Part shown: positions 56,933 through 64,000 of the stretch, in pieces
Numbering within the stretch: the first letter of the stretch is position 1
How the letters are laid out: every line of letters begins with the position of its first letter
Assembly (NCBI RefSeq): GCF_055900595.2
Contig: NZ_CM148325.1
DNA length: 64,000 nucleotides
Strand: one strand, 5' to 3'
Program-made: the position numbers and the translations under genes
The notes under the pieces: model-generated
The model's input: only the letters and a program-made list of their open reading frames with translations
Database searches by the model: none
Told to the model about the DNA's origin: nothing

Positions 56933-57316
56933 TTATCCGAAGCGATGAGAGTTATCCCGCAATCGGGTTAGCCACTGCATAGCCTGACTATTATTGTCCT
57001 GCTGCGCAATGATGTAGCCATGGGGCAATGTTCTGTCGAGAACCGCTTTTGCTGCGGCACTCTGGTCGCTGGAGTCAAACGTAATTAACAGAGTGTCGTT
57101 TTTAGGGGTGATGCTTTTGAAAGGGATGCCGTGAGCGTCAAGGTGATGCCAGATTGAAAAACCGTCTGGCATCGTTGTGCCTTGATGAACGGCACGAATC
57201 GCCAGCGTAGACTCTTGCTGGCGAACCGCGGACCAGGCCAGCAACAGCGTGCCGACCAGAAGTAAAACAGCGCCGGACCAGGTTAGCTGGCGAAGCGACA
57301 TGCGAGGTATTAGCAT
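56933..57316 (-). CDS. mzrA: Modulator of EnvZ/OmpR MzrA (YqjB; 127 aa)
   Basis: Translation recognised as MzrA. Confidence 0.85.
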   Translation of the reverse strand: MLIPRMSLRQLTWSGAVLLLVGTLLLAWSAVRQQESTLAIRAVHQGTTMPDGFSIWHHLDAHGIPFKSITPKNDTLLITFDSSDQSAAAKAVLDRTLPHGYIIAQQDNNSQAMQWLTRLRDNSHRFG

Positions 57317-57319
57317 CCC

Positions 57320-57982
57320 TTACCCCCGATTTCCATATTTCTTTTTCCATAACACGACCAGAGAACCTGCCAGGCCAAACACCAGCAGCACCACCGGGAG
57401 CAGCATCAGGCATGACATCAGCTGGTCCTCGTACTTTAAAAATACCGGCGTTTTGCCGAGCATGTAACCCAGAGTTGTCAGGATTAATACCCACAGCAGA
57501 CCGCTCATCCAGTTGAAGAACTGAAAGCGCGCGTTATTCAGCCCTGATAACCCGGCAATCGTCGGCAGCAGTGTTCTGACAAACGCAATAAAGCGACCAA
57601 TTAACAGCGCCGATAAACCGTGTTTATGAAAAAGATGGTGTGCGCGTTGATGATAATGCGCGGGTAAATGAGATAGCCAGTTTTGTACGGTGCGGGTATT
57701 GCCCAGCCATCGCCCCTGAATATAGCTGACCCAGCAGCCGAGGCTGGCGGCAACGGTCAGTAGCAGAATCGTTTGCGGATAGCCCATCGCGCCTTTCGCA
57801 ATCAATACGCCGACCAACACCAGTAAACTGTCGCCCGGTAAAAAGGCCGCCGGAAGCAAGCCGTTTTCAAGGAACAAAATTACAAATAAAACAAAATAGA
57901 GCATGCCAATCATCGACGGATTGGCCAGGGTTTCAAAATCCTGCGCCCACAGGGCTTGCAGCAATTGGGTCAAAAGTTCCAT
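57320..57982 (-). CDS. yqjA: DedA-family inner-membrane protein YqjA (220 aa)
   Basis: Translation recognised as YqjA. Confidence 0.9.
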   Translation of the reverse strand: MELLTQLLQALWAQDFETLANPSMIGMLYFVLFVILFLENGLLPAAFLPGDSLLVLVGVLIAKGAMGYPQTILLLTVAASLGCWVSYIQGRWLGNTRTVQNWLSHLPAHYHQRAHHLFHKHGLSALLIGRFIAFVRTLLPTIAGLSGLNNARFQFFNWMSGLLWVLILTTLGYMLGKTPVFLKYEDQLMSCLMLLPVVLLVFGLAGSLVVLWKKKYGNRG

Positions 57983-58326
57983 TCATTATTCCTGGTGAAT
58001 CGGTTAACGCCACGCTGGTTTTAAAAGATGCACTACCGCAATGTTATTGCTGTTTTGGTATGTTCTGCGGGTTTGATACATCAACACAGCCTGAACTATT
58101 CCCTGTTAAATCGTGAGATAAGAAAGCATTCAAAAGCATAAATTCAAATTGAATCTAATTGTAACAAAGGTCAACGTTGTTCGTTATCAAAATTACATGT
58201 CCGTGGTGTCTGATTTTGCTGAATGCAGGGGAGGGTGGCGAGAGGATTTACACAGGCTGACACTTTATACTTTTCGCTTACCGACGAGGCAAACAGGCGC
58301 GTCGTTGCGCCTGCCGAATGGGGATT

Positions 58327-59103
58327 TCATTTGCTGCCGCTGGTGGCCGTATCAAGATGCACAACGGGATTTTCGGCGAACAGATAGCGGTCGGCATTGA
58401 ACTCGAAATCGTCGCTGGTTTCGTTAAATAACATGATCTTGGTGTTTTCCAGATGCTGCCACATTGCCAGCTTCGCGGCATGGGGATCTTTACGAATTAA
58501 CGCTTTGAGGATCTGATCGTGGTCATCGCACCAGTTATCGACAGTACGGGCATCAATATGCTCGTGCAGTTTTTTCCAGTATGGGTTATGGCTACGTTGG
58601 GTCCACATTTTTTCAACGATGGCTGCCAGGGCGGAGTTCTGCGTCGCCAGGGCAACCTGAATATGGAACTGCAAATCCCATTCGGAATCACGGAAGCATT
58701 GTTCGCCGCGCGCCTGCTCCTGGATGGCCATCAGTTTCATGATGTCCTGTTTGGTTACCTGGGTCGCTGCGAACTCGGCAATATTACTTTCGATGAGCTG
58801 ACGTGCCTGAAGCAGCTCAAACGGACCGTAATTGGCGAATTCCATATTAGTGTCAGCCGACTGCTGATGGCGCGGCTGGTTGGAAACCACATGAATACCC
58901 GAGCCTTTACGCACCTCTACATAGCCTTCAACTTCAAGCATGATGATGGCTTCACGAACCACGGTGCGACTGACGTTTTTTTCATCGGCAATAAAGCGCT
59001 CAGCAGGCAGTTTATCACCCACCAGATAGACGCCCTGTTCGATGCGCTCTTTCAGATCAGCGGCAAGTTGTTGATACAAACGGCGTGGTTCAGTGATTTC
59101 CAT
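58327..59103 (-). CDS. exuR: GntR-family hexuronate regulon repressor ExuR (258 aa)
   Basis: Start at [12 protein letters not shown] (59103). Confidence 0.9.
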   Translation of the reverse strand: MEITEPRRLYQQLAADLKERIEQGVYLVGDKLPAERFIADEKNVSRTVVREAIIMLEVEGYVEVRKGSGIHVVSNQPRHQQSADTNMEFANYGPFELLQARQLIESNIAEFAATQVTKQDIMKLMAIQEQARGEQCFRDSEWDLQFHIQVALATQNSALAAIVEKMWTQRSHNPYWKKLHEHIDARTVDNWCDDHDQILKALIRKDPHAAKLAMWQHLENTKIMLFNETSDDFEFNADRYLFAENPVVHLDTATSGSK

Positions 59104-59232
59104 ATGCGCTCCAGGCATGATACGGCAGACTATATTTGTTATACCACTTTTGCGAGTTTAGCTCTACTCGCAGTGATGAAAAAGCCGCCTGAGAAGGCGG
59201 CTTTGAAGGGAAACTAAAACTTACACGAAGCC

Positions 59233-60531
59233 TTAATGTTGCGGTGCGGGATCGTTATGTGATTCCTGCGCCACCTCAATCGCCGGTTTGTTCTGCAACA
59301 CGGTCCAGATAACCAGCGCACCCAGCAGGTCGAATACTGCCAGAACTGCGAACAGCGGGCTGAAGCCGATGGTGTCAGCCAGTGCACCGACTACCAGTGC
59401 AAACAGCGTACTTGCCAGCCATGCGGACATCCCGGTTAAACCGTTCGCCGTCGCCACTTCGTTACGACCGAACACGTCAGAAGAGAGCGTAATCAGTGCG
59501 CCAGACAGGGCCTGGTGAGCAAAACCACCGATACACAGCAGCATAATCGCGACATACGGGTTAGTGAACAGACCGATCATACCTGGGCCAATCATCAGCA
59601 CCGCACCCAGCGTTACTACCATCTTACGGGAAACGATCAGGTTCACGCCAAACCAACGCTGGAACAGCGGCGGCAGGTAACCACCGAGGATACAACCAAG
59701 GTCAGCAAACAGCATTGGCATCCAGGCGAACATCGCGATCTCTTTCAGGTTAAAGCCGTAAACTTTAAACATGAACAGCGGGATCCACGCGTTAAAAGTA
59801 CCCCAGGCAGGTTCAGCCAGGAAACGCGGTAGCGCGATACCCCAGAACTGACGGTTACGCAGGATCTGACCAACGGACATTTTCTTCGCTGTGTCAACCT
59901 GGTGCTGGGCTTCCTGACCATTAATAATGTAGTCACGTTCTTCATCGGTCAGATGTTTTTGGTCGCGCGGATGCTTGTAGAAAATCAGCCATGCCATCGC
60001 CCAGATAAAGCTCAACGCACCGGAGATGATAAATGCCATCTGCCAGCTGTGCATCACGATTGCCCATACCACCAGCGGCGGCGCAATCATCGCACCAATC
60101 GAAGAACCTACGTTAAAGTAGCCGACCGCGATGGAACGCTCTTTTGCCGGGAACCATTCGGAACTGGCTTTCAGACCCGCCGGGATCATCGCCGCCTCTG
60201 CAGCACCTACCGCACCACGAGCAACCGCCAGGCCACCCCAGCTACCTGCCAGCGCGGTTGCGCCACAGAACACAGCCCACAGTACAGCAAACATTGCGTA
60301 ACCGATTTTCGTACCCAGCACATCCAGTACATAACCTGCTACCGGTTGCATGACCGTATAAGCAGCAGAATAGGCTGCGATGATATAGGAATACTGTTGG
60401 GTGGAGATGTTTAACTCTTCCATCAGAGTTGGCGCAGCTGCCGCCACAGTGTTACGCGTCAGGTAACCAAGCACGGTGCCGAGCGTCACCAGTGCGATCA
60501 TATACCAACGTAACCCTTTAATTTTACGCAT
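59233..60531 (-). CDS. exuT: Hexuronate (glucuronate/galacturonate) MFS transporter ExuT (432 aa)
   Basis: Start at MRKIKGLRWYM (60531); the ORF-track 472-aa version is an upstream extension. Confidence 0.9.
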   Translation of the reverse strand: MRKIKGLRWYMIALVTLGTVLGYLTRNTVAAAAPTLMEELNISTQQYSYIIAAYSAAYTVMQPVAGYVLDVLGTKIGYAMFAVLWAVFCGATALAGSWGGLAVARGAVGAAEAAMIPAGLKASSEWFPAKERSIAVGYFNVGSSIGAMIAPPLVVWAIVMHSWQMAFIISGALSFIWAMAWLIFYKHPRDQKHLTDEERDYIINGQEAQHQVDTAKKMSVGQILRNRQFWGIALPRFLAEPAWGTFNAWIPLFMFKVYGFNLKEIAMFAWMPMLFADLGCILGGYLPPLFQRWFGVNLIVSRKMVVTLGAVLMIGPGMIGLFTNPYVAIMLLCIGGFAHQALSGALITLSSDVFGRNEVATANGLTGMSAWLASTLFALVVGALADTIGFSPLFAVLAVFDLLGALVIWTVLQNKPAIEVAQESHNDPAPQH

Positions 60532-60784
60532 GTAAAACCTCATCGTTTTGTTATATCCGCAGGAAGCGCGGCCATCATCCCGCCAGAGGCTGAAGATGTT
60601 AGTTACGACCGGGTAACCGAAAAAAAACCGGCACGCCCCGAACGTTGCCATGAAAGTTTCGTGCTAATTCGGCTTCCGTACCGGTTAACCCGATTCATCT
60701 AACAAATGAATGAATCGGCAATTTGCATTCCGTCGACTTATGATTTGCGACGGCAGAAAGATAACTTGTCATACAACTTTAAAA

Positions 60785-60800
60785 GGTGAGAGCCATCACA
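60785..60800. promoter_or_regulatory. Candidate CRP site in the divergent exuT / uxaCA control region
   Basis: gGTGA-gagcca-TCACA (one mismatch from TGTGA-N6-TCACA); hexuronate genes are known to be CRP-activated. Confidence 0.3.
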
Positions 60801-60911
60801 AATGTGGGAATATTTGTAGGGACATTACCTGATGACAGCGAGGCCAGTACTGGCGCGGCTTGCAGCGAGATTTACCACTTTGAGAGTAATTTTTTTAACT
60901 ACGTTTATTGA

Positions 60912-62426
<1,515 letters not shown>

Positions 62427-62440
62427 GGTCTGGGGTTGAT

Positions 62441-63928
62441 ATGCAATACATCAAGATCCATGCGCTGGATAACGTCGCGGTTGCTTTAGCAGATTTGGCG
62501 GAAGGCATAGAAGTCAGTGTCGATAACCAGACTGTTACGCTGCGCCAGGATGTTGCTCGTGGACATAAATTTGCGTTAACGGATATCGCAAAAGGGGCCA
62601 ACGTCATTAAATATGGCCTGCCGATTGGTTATGCATTGGCGGATATTGCGGCGGGGGAACACGTTCACGCCCACAATACGCGCACGAATCTGAGCGATCT
62701 GGATCAGTATCGCTATCAACCTGATTTTCAGGATCTGCCTGCGCAAGCGGCAGATCGTGAAGTGCAGATCTATCGTCGCGCGAACGGCGATGTCGGGGTG
62801 CGTAATGAGCTGTGGATCCTGCCAACCGTGGGCTGTGTCAACGGCATCGCGCGGCAGATCCAGAACCGTTTCCTGAAAGAGACCAACAACGCCGAAGGTA
62901 CTGACGGCGTGTTCCTCTTCAGCCACACCTACGGCTGCTCACAGCTGGGCGACGATCACATCAATACCCGCACCATGCTGCAAAATATGGTGCGCCACCC
63001 GAACGCGGGCGCAGTGCTGGTGATTGGTCTGGGCTGTGAAAACAACCAGGTTGCCGCATTCCGTGAAACGTTGGGCGATATCGATCCTGAACGCGTTCAT
63101 TTCATGATCTGCCAACAGCAGGATGATGAGATCGAAGCCGGGATCGAGCATTTGCATCAGCTGTATAACGTGATGCGCAACGACAAGCGTGAGCCAGGCA
63201 AACTCAGCGAACTGAAGTTTGGTCTGGAGTGCGGTGGTTCTGACGGTCTTTCTGGTATTACTGCTAACCCGATGCTGGGGCGTTTCTCTGACTACGTGAT
63301 TGCTAACGGCGGTACTACCGTACTGACCGAAGTGCCGGAGATGTTTGGCGCAGAGCAGTTGCTGATGGACCATTGCCGCGACGAAGCAACGTTTGAAAAA
63401 CTGGTCACTATGGTCAACGACTTCAAACAGTACTTTATTGCCCATGACCAGCCGATCTATGAAAACCCATCGCCGGGGAACAAAGCGGGCGGTATCACCA
63501 CGCTGGAAGACAAATCACTTGGCTGTACCCAGAAAGCGGGTTCCAGCGTCGTGGTTGACGTGCTGCGTTACGGCGAGCGTCTGAAAACGCCGGGGCTGAA
63601 CTTGTTAAGTGCGCCGGGTAACGATGCCGTAGCGACCAGCGCCCTGGCGGGTGCGGGCTGCCATATGGTGCTGTTCAGTACTGGTCGTGGCACGCCGTAT
63701 GGTGGATTTGTGCCGACGGTGAAAATCGCCACCAACAGTGAACTGGCGGCGAAGAAAAAACACTGGATCGACTTTGACGCGGGTCAGCTGATCCACGGTA
63801 AAGCGATGCCGCAGTTGCTGGAAGAATTTATCGACACCATCGTTGAGTTTGCCAACGGTAAGCAAACCTGCAACGAGCGTAACGACTTCCGCGAACTGGC
63901 GATCTTTAAAAGCGGCGTAACGCTATAA
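62441..63928 (+). CDS. uxaA: Altronate dehydratase UxaA (495 aa)
   Basis: Translation recognised as UxaA. Confidence 0.95.
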   Translation: MQYIKIHALDNVAVALADLAEGIEVSVDNQTVTLRQDVARGHKFALTDIAKGANVIKYGLPIGYALADIAAGEHVHAHNTRTNLSDLDQYRYQPDFQDLPAQAADREVQIYRRANGDVGVRNELWILPTVGCVNGIARQIQNRFLKETNNAEGTDGVFLFSHTYGCSQLGDDHINTRTMLQNMVRHPNAGAVLVIGLGCENNQVAAFRETLGDIDPERVHFMICQQQDDEIEAGIEHLHQLYNVMRNDKREPGKLSELKFGLECGGSDGLSGITANPMLGRFSDYVIANGGTTVLTEVPEMFGAEQLLMDHCRDEATFEKLVTMVNDFKQYFIAHDQPIYENPSPGNKAGGITTLEDKSLGCTQKAGSSVVVDVLRYGERLKTPGLNLLSAPGNDAVATSALAGAGCHMVLFSTGRGTPYGGFVPTVKIATNSELAAKKKHWIDFDAGQLIHGKAMPQLLEEFIDTIVEFANGKQTCNERNDFRELAIFKSGVTL

Positions 63929-63950
63929 AGTCGAAATGAGTTGTTAATAA

Positions 63951-63990
63951 AAAACGGCGTTTCATAATGTGAAGCGCCGTTTGCTTTTCC
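63951..63990 (+). terminator. Probable rho-independent terminator of uxaCA
   Basis: aaacggcg…(ttca/tgaa inner pairing)…cgccgttt hairpin followed by a T-rich tract (gcttttcc). Confidence 0.55.
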
Positions 63991-64000
63991 ATACCTGCTA

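Overview
This window reads as a contiguous stretch of Escherichia coli chromosome (nlpI-deaD-mtr through exuRT-uxaCA) and I found no compelling evidence for a previously undescribed system. Gene calls rest on my recognition of the translated ORFs and on recalled protein lengths; nothing was searched or computed. Content is about 75 protein-coding genes plus rnpB (RNase P RNA), several REP/BIME repeat clusters, and intrinsic terminators. The catabolic islands are the complete aga/gam N-acetylgalactosamine/galactosamine locus, garD/garPLRK, tdcABCDEFG, cyuPA and exuRT-uxaCA, with the prlF-yhaV toxin-antitoxin pair between them. From memory the window differs from K-12 in three ways: agaE/agaF are present with full-length agaW/agaA, tdcG is intact, and the yraHIJK fimbrial operon is absent between rsmI and agaI. 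There are no IS elements, integrases, CRISPR arrays or long unannotated gaps; the longest intergenic stretch is about 480 bp. The items most worth follow-up are the AT-rich yhaC-yhaB(-tdcR) islet beside rnpB, a nested palindrome filling the ubiV-yhbW gap, a recently duplicated 177-bp hairpin+REP module next to yqjG, and the rsmI/agaI junction.
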